Shown here: piece after piece, positions 8,869 to 22,124 of the stretch
How positions within the stretch are numbered: the first letter of the stretch is position 1
How the letters are laid out: each line of letters starts with the position of its first letter
Source: Actinomycetes bacterium
Lineage (GTDB): Bacteria; Actinomycetota; Acidimicrobiia; Acidimicrobiales; RAAP-2
Direction: 5' to 3'
Length of the DNA: 64,000 nucleotides
NCBI GenBank assembly: GCA_021779855.1
Contig: JAJXZW010000005.1
Location: 23,949-87,948, forward strand
Made by a program: the position numbers and the translations under genes
Notes under the pieces: model-generated
What the model saw: the letters and a program-made list of their open reading frames with translations, nothing else
Databases searched by the model: none
What the model was told of the DNA's origin: nothing

Positions 8869-10131
8869 GTGAGCGATCCCGGCGACGTCCTCGGCCCGCC
8901 GCCGGCCACCGCGACCCCGCCGCCGCTCTCGCGCAACCGCAACTTCCGCCTGGTGTGGATCGGCCAGGTCCTCTCGGGGCTCGGCACCGAGTTCGGCTAC
9001 CTCGCCTATCCCCTATTGATCCTCGCCCTCACGGGCTCGGCGGTGCTCGCGGGCGCGGTCGCCACCATCACCTCGGTCGTCGCTTTCCTCGTGCGCCTGC
9101 CGGCCGGGGCCCTCGCGGACCGGTGGGACCGCCGGGCCACCATGGTCGTCTGCGACGCCGTGCGCACGCTCGCCCTGGCGGCGCTCGCGGCGCTCGTCGC
9201 GACCCACCACGTCACCTGGTGGGTCGTGCTCATCGCGGCCACCATCGACCGCGTCGGCGACACCCTCTTCACCCCGGCCTCCAGCGCGGCCCTGCCGGCG
9301 ATAGTCCACGACAGCCAGCTGGAGTCGGCCTGGGCCGCCTCCGAGGGGCGCCAGTACGGGGCGAGCCTCCTCGGCCCGGCCCTCGGCGGCGTCCTCTACG
9401 GGATCGCCCGGAGTCTCCCCTTCATCGCGGACGCCGTCTCGTACGGCGCCTCGGTGGCGACCTCGGGCGCACTGCGGGGCCGCTTCACCCCCGAGCGTGA
9501 CACGCCCCGGGCGAGCCTGTGGCGCGAGACGGTCGAGGGCGTCCGCTTCACCCTGGGCACCCCCCTCCTGCGCGCCGTGGTGATCCAGGCGCCGCTCATC
9601 AACTTCGCGATTAGCGGTGCGCTCTTCACCGTGATCGTGGGGCTGCGCCTCCACGGCGCGTCGCCCGGCGTCGTCGGGCTCACCGAGGCCCTGGCCATGA
9701 CCGGCGGGCTCGTCGGGGCGGTCCTCTCGTCGAGGATCCAGCCCCACCTCACCCTCACCCGCGCGGTCAACCTCCTCACCGTGGGCGGGACGGTCGTGCT
9801 CGCGCTCGCCGCCCTCGTCATGCCCTCGCCCCTCGTGGCGGCGCCCCTCGCGCTGCCGCTGCTCATCGCGCCGACCACCAACGCCGTGCTCTTCGCCGCC
9901 ATGTTCCGCGCCACCCCCGAGGAGCTGCGCGGTCGGGTGACCAACACCCTCATGCAGCTGACGACCGCCCTGGCCGCCCTCGCGCCGGTGGTCGCGGGGG
10001 TCGTGACCGCGCGGCTGTCGGCCCGTTGGGCCCTCGGGGTCTTCGCCGCGGCGATGGCCGTCGCGGCGCTCGTCGCCCAGCGCGTGGGCCCGGCCCTCGA
10101 GACCGCTCCCGCGACCGCCGCGGGGGCGTGA
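8869..10131 (+). CDS. MFS transporter (H+ antiporter / macrolide-efflux-like)
   Basis: About 12 hydrophobic helices, motif A-like GALADRWDRR, typical RNRNFRLVWIGQ start. Confidence 0.88.
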   Translation: MSDPGDVLGPPPATATPPPLSRNRNFRLVWIGQVLSGLGTEFGYLAYPLLILALTGSAVLAGAVATITSVVAFLVRLPAGALADRWDRRATMVVCDAVRTLALAALAALVATHHVTWWVVLIAATIDRVGDTLFTPASSAALPAIVHDSQLESAWAASEGRQYGASLLGPALGGVLYGIARSLPFIADAVSYGASVATSGALRGRFTPERDTPRASLWRETVEGVRFTLGTPLLRAVVIQAPLINFAISGALFTVIVGLRLHGASPGVVGLTEALAMTGGLVGAVLSSRIQPHLTLTRAVNLLTVGGTVVLALAALVMPSPLVAAPLALPLLIAPTTNAVLFAAMFRATPEELRGRVTNTLMQLTTALAALAPVVAGVVTARLSARWALGVFAAAMAVAALVAQRVGPALETAPATAAGA

Positions 10132-10142
10132 CCCGCTCATGT

Positions 10143-10183
10143 AGTCATGAGTCTTGACAATCATCACTCATGACTGATACGGT
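10143..10183 (+). promoter_or_regulatory. Sigma-70-type promoter overlapped by a 10-bp inverted repeat (probable MarR operator)
   Basis: AGTCATGAGT-N13-ACTCATGACT (10143-10175) enclosing TTGACA (10154-10159); TACGGT at 10178-10183; GTG start at 10190. Confidence 0.7.
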
Positions 10184-10189
10184 CCACCC

Positions 10190-10630
10190 GTGGAGCTGCT
10201 CGCCCGGTCACTCGTCACCGCGGTGCTGCGCGCCCGGCGCACGCTGGTGCGGGTCGTGCACACCGAGCTCGAGGAGGCCGGGTTCGAGGACCTGCCGCGC
10301 ACCGGCGTGCTCTACCTGAGCCACCTCGAGGACGAGCCGCTCTCGGTGGGCGCCCTCGCCGCGGCCACCGATCTGCCCAAGCAGATGGTGAGTCAGGTCG
10401 TCGACACCCTCGTGACCCGCGGCTACGCCCGCCGGGAGCCCGACGCCCTCGACCGGCGACGGGTGATCGTGTCGCTCACCCCCCGCGGACGCGCCGCGGC
10501 CGCGGTCGCCCGGGAGGCCGCGGCCGCGCGCGTGGGCGCGCTCGTCGAGCGCGAGGGCACCGCGCGGGTCCGCGACGCCCTAGAGGTGCTCGGCGCCCTC
10601 GCCGAGGTCGCCGCCGAGGTCGCGACCTGA
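10190..10630 (+). CDS. MarR family regulator
   Basis: Winged-helix pattern LPKQMVSQVVDTLVTRGYARREPDALDRRRVIVSLTPRG. Confidence 0.9.
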   Translation: MELLARSLVTAVLRARRTLVRVVHTELEEAGFEDLPRTGVLYLSHLEDEPLSVGALAAATDLPKQMVSQVVDTLVTRGYARREPDALDRRRVIVSLTPRGRAAAAVAREAAAARVGALVEREGTARVRDALEVLGALAEVAAEVAT

Positions 10631-10860
10631 TGTTCGGCGCCGGGCGACTCCTCCTCTCGTTCACCCGCTCGTGGCGACCCTGGCAGCGCTACGCCCTCGC
10701 CGTCGCGCTGGTCGCGGCGGGGATCGGCCTGCTGGGGGTCGGCGTCGGTCGCGGCGCCGTCCTCGTCGTCGTCGGGGCCCTCGTGCTGGTGCGCGCCGCG
10801 TCGCGCCGGCGCACGGCGCGCGCGCGAGGCGACGAGACCCCCACCCCGCGGGGCTCTTAG
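10630..10860 (+). CDS. Small two-helix membrane protein
   Basis: TGATG coupling to marR, two hydrophobic segments, typical codon usage. Confidence 0.55.
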   Translation: MFGAGRLLLSFTRSWRPWQRYALAVALVAAGIGLLGVGVGRGAVLVVVGALVLVRAASRRRTARARGDETPTPRGS

Positions 10861-10871
10861 GGCCTTCTTAG
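10855..10871 (+). promoter_or_regulatory. OmpR-family direct repeat (MprA-box-like) upstream of HtrA-like protease
   Basis: TCTTAG-GGCCT-TCTTAG, a perfect hexamer repeat with a 5-nt spacer. Confidence 0.55.
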
Positions 10872-10937
10872 CGCGACCGAAGAGCACCTTCACCCGGCCC
10901 CTTTAGGGTCGGGTGTCGTAGAGCTGGAGGGAACGAG

Positions 10938-12296
10938 ATGGACGTCGACAACACCCCCGAGAACGGCCCCGAGAGCGCACCCCCCGGCGAGGCGTCCGAG
11001 TCGATCCCCGAGCCCGTCGTCGCCGAGGCCGCCGAGGGCGCCCCGACCCCCGACGCCGGCGAGTCGTGGGGCCGCGGGCCCGTGAGCGTGCCCGGCCGGC
11101 CGCGCGGCGACTCCTGGCTGGTGCGCGCGGCCGCCGCGGCCGTGCTGGTGCTCTCGATCGGGGGCGTGGGCTTCGTGCTCGGCCACTGGGTCGACCGCCC
11201 CGCGGCCCCGACCTACGCCTTCCCCTACGAGCCGTCGGGCTCGGGCGGCTCGATCACGGTCCCGGGGTTCGGCAACGTGCCCTTCCCGGGCTTCGGCCCG
11301 GGCACCGGCGCGCCCGGCTCGACCGCCACCCAGTCGAACTCGCGCGCCGCCAAGGTCGCGGCCAAGGTGAGCCCGGGCCTCGTCGACGTCGTGTCCAGCT
11401 ACGACTACGCCGGCGCCACCGGTGAGGGGACGGGGATGGTCCTGACCAAGGGCGGGCTCGTCCTCACCAACAACCACGTCATCGAGGGCGCGTCGTCGAT
11501 CACCGTGCGCAGCGTCGCCACCGGCCAGACCTACCCCGCGACGGTCGTCGGCTACGACGTCTCGGCCGACGTGGCCCTCCTGCAGGTCCAGGGCGCGTCG
11601 AACCTGCCGACCGTGCGGATCGCCGCGACGGGCCCCTCGGTCGGCGACACCATCGTCGGGATCGGCAACGCCGGTGGCCTCGACGGCACTCCCCGCTATG
11701 CCGCCGGCAAGGTCGTCTCGCTCAACCAGACGATCACCGCGAGCGACGAGAACAACCCGAGCGGCTCCGAGACCCTGTCGGGCCTGATCGAGATCAACGC
11801 CGACATCCTGCCCGGCGACTCGGGCGGGCCGCTCGTCAACGCCCGGGGCCGGGTCGTGGGCATGGACACGGCCGGCTCCTCGACCAACGGCGGCTTCGGC
11901 TTCGCGCCCTCCGGCGCCGCGAACCAGGGCTACGCCATCCCCATCGACACCGCGATGAAGGTCGTCACGGCGATCAAGGACGGGCAGTCCTCGGCGACCG
12001 TGCACGTGGGCGACACCCCGTTCCTCGGCATCCTGGTCGACGGGGCGCGCCCGGGCGGCACCACGAACGGGGTCACGGTGGCCCAGGTCCTGCCCAACGG
12101 GCCGGCGGCCCAGTCGGGCCTGGTGGCCGGGGACACGATCACCGCGATCGACGCGACGCCGGTCACGAACGGCAGCTCGCTGCAGGCGGCCATCTTGGCC
12201 CTCCACGTGGGCCAGAGCGTGACCGTCGCCTACACGACCCCCGGCGGGACGACCTCGAGCGCGACGCTGACCCTGGGCTCGGGCCCGGCCCAGTAG
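10938..12296 (+). CDS. HtrA/PepD-like S1C serine protease with TM anchor and PDZ domain
   Basis: LTNNHVI (His), DVALL (Asp), GDSGGPL (Ser), C-terminal PDZ-like GPAAQSGLVAGDTI. Confidence 0.92.
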   Translation: MDVDNTPENGPESAPPGEASESIPEPVVAEAAEGAPTPDAGESWGRGPVSVPGRPRGDSWLVRAAAAAVLVLSIGGVGFVLGHWVDRPAAPTYAFPYEPSGSGGSITVPGFGNVPFPGFGPGTGAPGSTATQSNSRAAKVAAKVSPGLVDVVSSYDYAGATGEGTGMVLTKGGLVLTNNHVIEGASSITVRSVATGQTYPATVVGYDVSADVALLQVQGASNLPTVRIAATGPSVGDTIVGIGNAGGLDGTPRYAAGKVVSLNQTITASDENNPSGSETLSGLIEINADILPGDSGGPLVNARGRVVGMDTAGSSTNGGFGFAPSGAANQGYAIPIDTAMKVVTAIKDGQSSATVHVGDTPFLGILVDGARPGGTTNGVTVAQVLPNGPAAQSGLVAGDTITAIDATPVTNGSSLQAAILALHVGQSVTVAYTTPGGTTSSATLTLGSGPAQ

Positions 12297-12298
12297 GC

Positions 12299-12586
12299 CT
12301 AGGGGCCCTCGACGACGTAGGCCCGCACCGTGGCCGCGCCCTCGCGCAGGGCGCGCGCCGCGGTGTAGGCCTCGCCCTCGTACCAGGCGACGGCCGCCTC
12401 GAGCGAGTCGAACTCGATCACCACCGAGCGGCGGGGCGGCGCCGCGCCCTCGAGTGACGCGGTGCGCCCCCCGCGCGCGAGGTAGCGCCCGCCGGCCGCG
12501 GCGACGGCCGGCCCCGAGAGCGCCTTGTAGCGCTCGTAGCGCTCGGGGTCGGTGACCTCGATCTCGAAGACCACGTACGCGCTCAT
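12299..12586 (-). CDS. DUF1330 protein
   Basis: MSAYVVFEIEVTDPERYERY, GGRYLARGG, VVIEFDS.E.A..WY. Confidence 0.85.
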   Translation of the reverse strand: MSAYVVFEIEVTDPERYERYKALSGPAVAAAGGRYLARGGRTASLEGAAPPRRSVVIEFDSLEAAVAWYEGEAYTAARALREGAATVRAYVVEGP

Positions 12587-12595
12587 CGTCCCTCC

Positions 12596-13603
12596 TCAGC
12601 CGAGCAGCCGCTCGAAGCGCAGGCTCCTCACCCCGATCACCGAGAGCGAGTTGCCGGCCCCGTTGAGGACCCACACCCACGGGCCGGCGACCGCCACCGC
12701 TAGGGGGTCGTCGAGATGGTAGGCCGTGCCGCCCAGCACGCGCAGGAGCCGCCCGGTGCGCGCGTCGAGGACCGTGAGGGCGTTGCCCGCGGCGTCGGTG
12801 ACGTAGACCCGGCCCCCGGAGGCGGCCACCCCCCACGGGGAGCGGAGGCGGTCCCGGCGAGCGGCCACGACGGCGACGCGCCGCGCGGTCGTCGCGTCGA
12901 AGACGCTCAGCGACGACGAGCCGGCGTTGGTGACGTAGACCCGCCGTCCGGCGGCCGCCAGGCCCACCGGCGCCGACAGGCGCGCCGCCCCCCGGCGCAC
13001 GACGCGCACGAGCCGGCCGGTGCCCGCGTCGAGGACCGTGAGCGAGGCCGTGCCCTCGTCGAGCACCCACAGCCGCCCCCCGACGACCACGAGGGCCCGC
13101 GGGCTCGAGAGCGCGTTCGTCGGGCTCGGGCGCACCACGCGCTCGATCCGGCCGGACGTGGCGTCGAGGGCGACGAGGGTCCCCGCGGCGTCGGCGGCCC
13201 AGACGAGGCCGCCGGCGACCGCGAGCGCGACCGGCGTGGCGAGCTCGTGGCGCGGCGCGCGGACGGTGCGCCGGTGGCGGCCGGTCGAGGCGTCGAACAC
13301 GCTAAGCGTCGAGGTCGCCCGGTCGGCGACCCAGAGCGTGCCGCCGGCCACGGCCAGCGCCGTGGGCTCCGCGAGGCCGTTCGCCGGGCGCGACCCGATC
13401 GTGCGCACCGGCGCGACGCGCGCGACGCTGAAGGCGCTGAGCGAGGAGTTCCCGGCGCTCGCCACCCACACGGCCGAGGCCGTGGCGGCCAGGGCCACCG
13501 GGCCGTCGAGCCCGCTCGAGGCCCCGGCCGGCGCGCCGAGCGCCAGGACGCCGAGCGCGACGAGGGCGACGGCGGCCCTCGCGCGCCGGCCGCGGCCGCC
13601 CAC
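12596..13603 (-). CDS. Secreted beta-propeller repeat protein (YVTN/NHL-like)
   Basis: Signal peptide, then about 7 repeats of P.ALAV.GG.(L/V)WV.....L.V.DA.TG. Confidence 0.75.
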   Translation of the reverse strand: MGGRGRRARAAVALVALGVLALGAPAGASSGLDGPVALAATASAVWVASAGNSSLSAFSVARVAPVRTIGSRPANGLAEPTALAVAGGTLWVADRATSTLSVFDASTGRHRRTVRAPRHELATPVALAVAGGLVWAADAAGTLVALDATSGRIERVVRPSPTNALSSPRALVVVGGRLWVLDEGTASLTVLDAGTGRLVRVVRRGAARLSAPVGLAAAGRRVYVTNAGSSSLSVFDATTARRVAVVAARRDRLRSPWGVAASGGRVYVTDAAGNALTVLDARTGRLLRVLGGTAYHLDDPLAVAVAGPWVWVLNGAGNSLSVIGVRSLRFERLLG

Positions 13604-14055
13604 TAGAACTGGACCAGCATCGTGATCAGGGCCAGGGCGATGACGGCGAGGCCGGTGTCCACCGACAGCCGCAGCCGGCGGCCCTCGCCGGCCGGGGCGC
13701 GGCCCTCGCGGGCGGCCTCGCGGGCGACCTCGGCCTCGAGGGGCAGCGTGCGCGCCTCGAGGTGCCCGGCGGCCAGCACGTAGAGCACGATCCCCACGAT
13801 GACCCAGGCGTGGTCGAGCGACACCGACGCGTCGCCGGTCAGAGCCAGGACGAGCCCGGTCACCGGCAGCAGGTGGACGAGCCGCGCGGCCCAGTTGGGG
13901 CCCTTGGGCAGGCGCCGCGCCTGGGTCCCGGCGTCGGCGCCCCGGGCGACGGCGTCGGCGGCGGTGCGCATGGCGACCAGCACGATCAGCACGGCGACGG
14001 CCGTCATCACGTGGACGAGGAAGACGAGGTCGTAGCCGACCGAGGTCGCGATCAC
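13603..14055 (-). CDS. Four-helix membrane protein (DUF2269-like)
   Basis: LVFLVHV, four hydrophobic segments, coupled to flanking genes. Confidence 0.55.
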   Translation of the reverse strand: MIATSVGYDLVFLVHVMTAVAVLIVLVAMRTAADAVARGADAGTQARRLPKGPNWAARLVHLLPVTGLVLALTGDASVSLDHAWVIVGIVLYVLAAGHLEARTLPLEAEVAREAAREGRAPAGEGRRLRLSVDTGLAVIALALITMLVQF

Positions 14056-14996
14056 GGCTCCGAGAGTAACGTCTCGGCCGCGCCGTACGGGTCGGCGCGG
14101 CCCTCGAGGAGCATCTCGACGGCGGCCTCCAGGGCCGCGCCGGCGGCGCGTGCCGCGGCGCGCTCGCGCAACGCCGCGGCGACGACCGCCTCGAGCTGGG
14201 CGCGCGCGTGGGTCCGGCGGCGCTCGGCCAGCCCGACCCCGTCGAGGTGGGCCCGGTGCGCGTCGAGGGCCGCGAGCAGGTCGCCGACCCCCTCCCCGGA
14301 GGTGGCGACGGTCTCGACGATCGGGGGCCGCCAGTCGCGCGCCCCGCCGAGGTCGAGCATCTGCTCGAGGTCGCGACGGGTCTCGCGCACGCCGGCGCGG
14401 TCGGCCTTGTTGATCACGAAGACGTCGGCCACCTCGAGCAGCCCGGCCTTGTTGGCCTGCATCGCGTCGCCCCAGCCGGGGTTGGTCACCACGACCGTCG
14501 TGTCGGCGGCCGAGGCGATGTCGACCTCCATCTGGCCCACCCCGACCGTCTCGACGAGGACGAGGCGCGAGCCCGTCGCCCCGAGGACCCGCACCGCGTC
14601 GGGGACGGCCAGCGAGAGGCCGCCCAGGTGGCCGCGGGTGGCCATGGAGCGGATGAAGACCCGGTCGTCGGTGGCGTGGGCCTGCATGCGGATCCGGTCG
14701 CCCAGGATCGCGCCCCCGGTGAAGGGCGAGGTCGGGTCGACGCAGAGCACCCCCAGGCGCCCCTCGCCCTCGGGACGCGCCGGGAGGGCGGCCGCGATGT
14801 ACTGGTCGGTGAGGGTCGACTTGCCCGCCCCGGGCGGGCCGGTCACGCCCACGACGTAGGGGACGGGGGTGCGGTACGCCAGGGCCGCCGTCGCGCGCAG
14901 GGCCTCCCCTCCCCCCTCGACGTAGGAGAGCAGCCGCGCCAGCGCGGCGCGCGAGCCCGCGCGGGCCTCGTCGAGGAGCTCGGCCGGCGCCCTCAC
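14052..14996 (-). CDS. meaB: Methylmalonyl-CoA mutase-associated GTPase
   Basis: GPPGAGKST, VDPTSPFTGGAILGDRIRM, FIRSMATRG, ETVGVGQ, NKAD. Confidence 0.93.
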   Translation of the reverse strand: MRAPAELLDEARAGSRAALARLLSYVEGGGEALRATAALAYRTPVPYVVGVTGPPGAGKSTLTDQYIAAALPARPEGEGRLGVLCVDPTSPFTGGAILGDRIRMQAHATDDRVFIRSMATRGHLGGLSLAVPDAVRVLGATGSRLVLVETVGVGQMEVDIASAADTTVVVTNPGWGDAMQANKAGLLEVADVFVINKADRAGVRETRRDLEQMLDLGGARDWRPPIVETVATSGEGVGDLLAALDAHRAHLDGVGLAERRRTHARAQLEAVVAAALRERAAARAAGAALEAAVEMLLEGRADPYGAAETLLSEP

Positions 14997-16258
14997 GCGC
15001 GGCGCTCGACGGCCGCGCCGAGTGAGCGCAGGCGCCCGACGAAGTCGTCGTAGCCGCGCTCGACGTGCTCGAGGCCGCTCACCACGGTCTCGCCCTCGGC
15101 CACCAGGCCGGCCAGGGCGAGGGCGGCGGCCGCTCGGATGTCGGTCGCGCGCACGTCGGTGCCGGTGAGCCCCTCGACGCCGCGCACCACCGCGTGGTGG
15201 CCCTCGGTGGTGATGCGGGCCCCCAGGCGGATCAGCTCGTCGACGTAGCGGAACCGCCCGACGAAGAGGTTCTCGGTGACGACCGACACCCCCTCGGCGA
15301 CGGCCAGGATCGTGGTGAGCAGCGGCTTGTAGTCGGTGGCCACCCCCGGGTAGGGCAGGGTGGCGACGTCGACCCCCCGCAGCCGGCCGGTCGCGGTCGC
15401 CGCGACGCCGGGCCCCTCGCGGTCGACCATCACGCCCATCGCCTCGAGCTTGCGCAGGAGCATGACCATGTGGTCGGGCCGGGCGTCGAGCACCCGGACG
15501 CTGCCGCCGGTGATGGCCGCGGCGGCCAGGTAGGTCGCCGACACGACCCGGTCGGTGACGACCTCGTGGACGGCCGGGGAGAGGCGCTCCACCCCCTCGA
15601 CGGTGAGACGGGAGGTCCCGAGCCCCTCGACGCGCGCGCCCATCGCGATCAGCTGGCGACCGAGGTCCTCGACCTCGGGCTCGCGCGCCGCGTTGTCGAT
15701 GACCGTGCGGCCCTGGGCCAGGACCGCGGCCATGAGCAGGTTGTCGGTCGCGGTGTGGCTCGGGTACTCGAGCACCACGCGCGTCGCGCGCAGGCGCGGC
15801 TCGCTCGACACCGCGTGGATCGAGGTGCGGTCGTTGGAGAAGCGCGCGCCCATCGAGCTGAGCCCCTCGGTGTGGAAGTTGATCGGGCGCTGGCCGAAGT
15901 CGTCGCCGCCGGGCAGGGCCATGTGGGCCTCGCCGCAGCGCGCGAGCAGCGGGCCGAGCACGACGATCGAGGCGCGCATCGCCTCGAAGAGGTGCGCCGG
16001 CGCGTAGGGGGCGAGCGCGCCCGCCTCGGGGACCCGGACCACCAGCTCGTGGGGGGCCGGCCGGGCCACCTCGCAGCCGAGGGCCACCAGCAGCTCGCCC
16101 ATCACGGTGACGTCCGAGATGTCGGGCACGTTGGTGAGCCGGTGCTCGCCGGTGGCGAGCAGGCAGGCGGCCATCTGCTTGAGCACCGCGTTCTTCGCCC
16201 CGAGGGCGCTCACCTCGCCCGCGAGCGCGCCGGAGGGCTTCAGGACGAGGGAGGCCAC
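14993..16258 (-). CDS. murA: UDP-N-acetylglucosamine 1-carboxyvinyltransferase
   Basis: GAKNAVLK, MRASIVVLGPLLAR, NAAREPEV, TLPYPGVATD, TDIRAAAAL, HVERGY. Confidence 0.95.
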   Translation of the reverse strand: MASLVLKPSGALAGEVSALGAKNAVLKQMAACLLATGEHRLTNVPDISDVTVMGELLVALGCEVARPAPHELVVRVPEAGALAPYAPAHLFEAMRASIVVLGPLLARCGEAHMALPGGDDFGQRPINFHTEGLSSMGARFSNDRTSIHAVSSEPRLRATRVVLEYPSHTATDNLLMAAVLAQGRTVIDNAAREPEVEDLGRQLIAMGARVEGLGTSRLTVEGVERLSPAVHEVVTDRVVSATYLAAAAITGGSVRVLDARPDHMVMLLRKLEAMGVMVDREGPGVAATATGRLRGVDVATLPYPGVATDYKPLLTTILAVAEGVSVVTENLFVGRFRYVDELIRLGARITTEGHHAVVRGVEGLTGTDVRATDIRAAAALALAGLVAEGETVVSGLEHVERGYDDFVGRLRSLGAAVERRA

Positions 16259-16331
16259 GGCTCCAGTATGGCCCGCACGCGCCCGCCGCCCCCGTTTGGG
16301 GTGGTCAGGGGGACGGGGTTACGCTGTCTTC

Positions 16332-17321
16332 GTGCGTCAGCCGACCCAGCCCGACCGCAACATCGCCCTCGAGCTGGTCCGGGTCACCGAGGCCGCGGCC
16401 ATCGCCGCCGCGCGCTGGGCCGGGCGCGGCGACAAGATGTCGGCCGACCGGGCCGCGGTCGACGCGATGCGCTTCGTCCTGGGGGCCGTGGCGATGGACG
16501 GGATCGTCGTCATCGGCGAGGGCGAGAAGGACCACGCGCCCATGCTCTACAACGGCGAGCGGGTCGGCGACGGCCGCCCGCCCGAGGTCGACGTGGCGGT
16601 CGACCCCATCGACGGCACGACCCTGACGGCCCAGGGCCGCAACGGGGCCCTGGCGGTGATCGCGCTGTCCGAGCGGGGCACGATGTTCGACCCGGGCCCG
16701 TGCTTCTACATGAAGAAGGTCGCGGTCGGCCCGCGGGGCCGGGGCGCCGTCGACGTCAACGCCTCGGCGACCGACAACCTCACGGAGCTCTCGCGGCGCC
16801 TGAACAAGCCCGTCCAGGAGCTCGGCGTCGTGATCCTCGACCGGCCCCGCCACGCCGACCTCATCGCCGAGGTCCGCGAGGCCGGGGCGCGGGTGCTCTC
16901 GATCACCGACGGCGACGTCGCCGGCGCCATCGCCACCGGGTGGCCCAACTCCGGCGCCGACATCCTGCTCGGGATCGGCGGCACGCCCGAGGGCGTCATC
17001 GCCGCGGCGGCCCTGCACGGCCTCGGCGGCGAGATCCAGGGGGTGCTCCACGCCCACAACGACGAGGTCCGCGCCCAGGCCGAGGCCCAGGGCTACGACT
17101 TCGACCGGGTGCTCACCACCCACGACCTCGTGGCGAGCGAGAACTGCTTCTTCGCCTGCACCGCCATCACCGACGGGGACTTCCTGCGCGGGGTGCGCTT
17201 CTACGACTTCGGCGCGACCACCCAGTCGCTGGTGGTGCGCTCGCGCACCGGCACGGTGCGCACGATCGAGACCTTCCACCGCCACGACAAGCTCCAGGAG
17301 TTCAACGCCGCCGGGTTCTAG
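16332..17321 (+). CDS. glpX: Class II fructose-1,6-bisphosphatase
   Basis: DRNIALELVRVTEAAA, VIGEGEKDHAPML, DPIDGT, DGDVAG, GGTPEGV. Start set at GTG 16332. Confidence 0.95.
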   Translation: MRQPTQPDRNIALELVRVTEAAAIAAARWAGRGDKMSADRAAVDAMRFVLGAVAMDGIVVIGEGEKDHAPMLYNGERVGDGRPPEVDVAVDPIDGTTLTAQGRNGALAVIALSERGTMFDPGPCFYMKKVAVGPRGRGAVDVNASATDNLTELSRRLNKPVQELGVVILDRPRHADLIAEVREAGARVLSITDGDVAGAIATGWPNSGADILLGIGGTPEGVIAAAALHGLGGEIQGVLHAHNDEVRAQAEAQGYDFDRVLTTHDLVASENCFFACTAITDGDFLRGVRFYDFGATTQSLVVRSRTGTVRTIETFHRHDKLQEFNAAGF

Positions 17322-17394
17322 TGGCGCGGGGCCCCGGGCTCCGTTAGTCTCCGCTCACGGAGCCGCGTCGGCGGCACCGACGAAGGGGGGCGCG

Positions 17395-17826
17395 ATGAAC
17401 GTCTCAGCAATCCTCGACCTCAAGGGGCGCGAGGTGGCCACCGTCGGGCGCGACGCGACGATCGCCGAGGCGCTGGCGATCCTCGCCGAGCGGCGCATCG
17501 GGGCGCTCGTGGTGACCGGCGCGCATCCGCCCTTCGCGGGCATCGTCTCCGAGCGCGACGCGGTGCGGGCCCTCGCCGCCGGCGGCCCGGCCGCCCTGGG
17601 GGACCCGGTCGCGGCGCACATGTCGAGCGAGGTGAGCGTCTGCGCGGAGTCGACCGACCTGCTGGTGGTGCTCGCCACCATGACCGAGCGGCGGTTCCGC
17701 CACGTCCCGGTCGTCGAGGGGGGCCAGCTCGTCGGCCTCGTGTCGATCGGCGACGTCGTCAAGGCCCGGCTCGACCAGCTCGAGAGCGAGAAGCGCGAGC
17801 TCCTGGAGTACGTCTCGGCGCGCTGA
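17395..17826 (+). CDS. CBS domain protein
   Basis: Tandem CBS pair: GIVSERDAV and RHVPVVEGGQLVGLVSIGDVVK. Confidence 0.9.
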   Translation: MNVSAILDLKGREVATVGRDATIAEALAILAERRIGALVVTGAHPPFAGIVSERDAVRALAAGGPAALGDPVAAHMSSEVSVCAESTDLLVVLATMTERRFRHVPVVEGGQLVGLVSIGDVVKARLDQLESEKRELLEYVSAR

Positions 17827-18257
17827 TCAGCGCGCGGCGGCCGCGCGCAGGCGCAGCTCGGCGCGCGCCACCGCCTCGAGGGCCTCGACGTAGGCCGAGG
17901 GGTCGTCGGCGGACGAGGCCGCCGCCGCGGCGCCCTGGGCCCGCTCGAGGGCCGCCTGGGCCCGGCCGACGTCGATCTCGTCGACCCGCTCGGCGACGCT
18001 CGCCAGCAGCGTCGCGCGCGTCTCGCCCTCGGCCTCGCCCGGGCCGACCGCGAAGGAGCCGGCGTGCACCGCGAAGCTCACCTCGCCCTCCTCGGTGCCC
18101 TCCACGCGCACCACCGTCGACACCACGTCGCCCACGGTCGGCGCGTAGCCGGCCATGACCGTGAAGTCGCCCTCGGAGGAGCGCGCCACCAGCGCGCGAG
18201 CCGCCCCGCGCCACAAGACGGCCTCGGGGGCCAGCACCTCGACGCTGAGCGTGGCCA

Positions 18258-18258
<1 letters not shown>
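17827..18258 (-). CDS. atpC: ATP synthase F1 epsilon
   Basis: MATLSVEVLAPE, EGDFTVMAGYAP, last gene of atp operon, ATG overlaps the atpD stop. Confidence 0.88.
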
Positions 18259-20589
<2,331 letters not shown>

Positions 20590-20596
20590 GATCGGC

Positions 20597-22114
<1,518 letters not shown>

Positions 22115-22124
22115 GGCTGGTCTC

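Noticed and set aside
17821-17832. Palindrome CGCTGATCAGCG
   Set aside because: Explained by abutting stop codons of convergent genes
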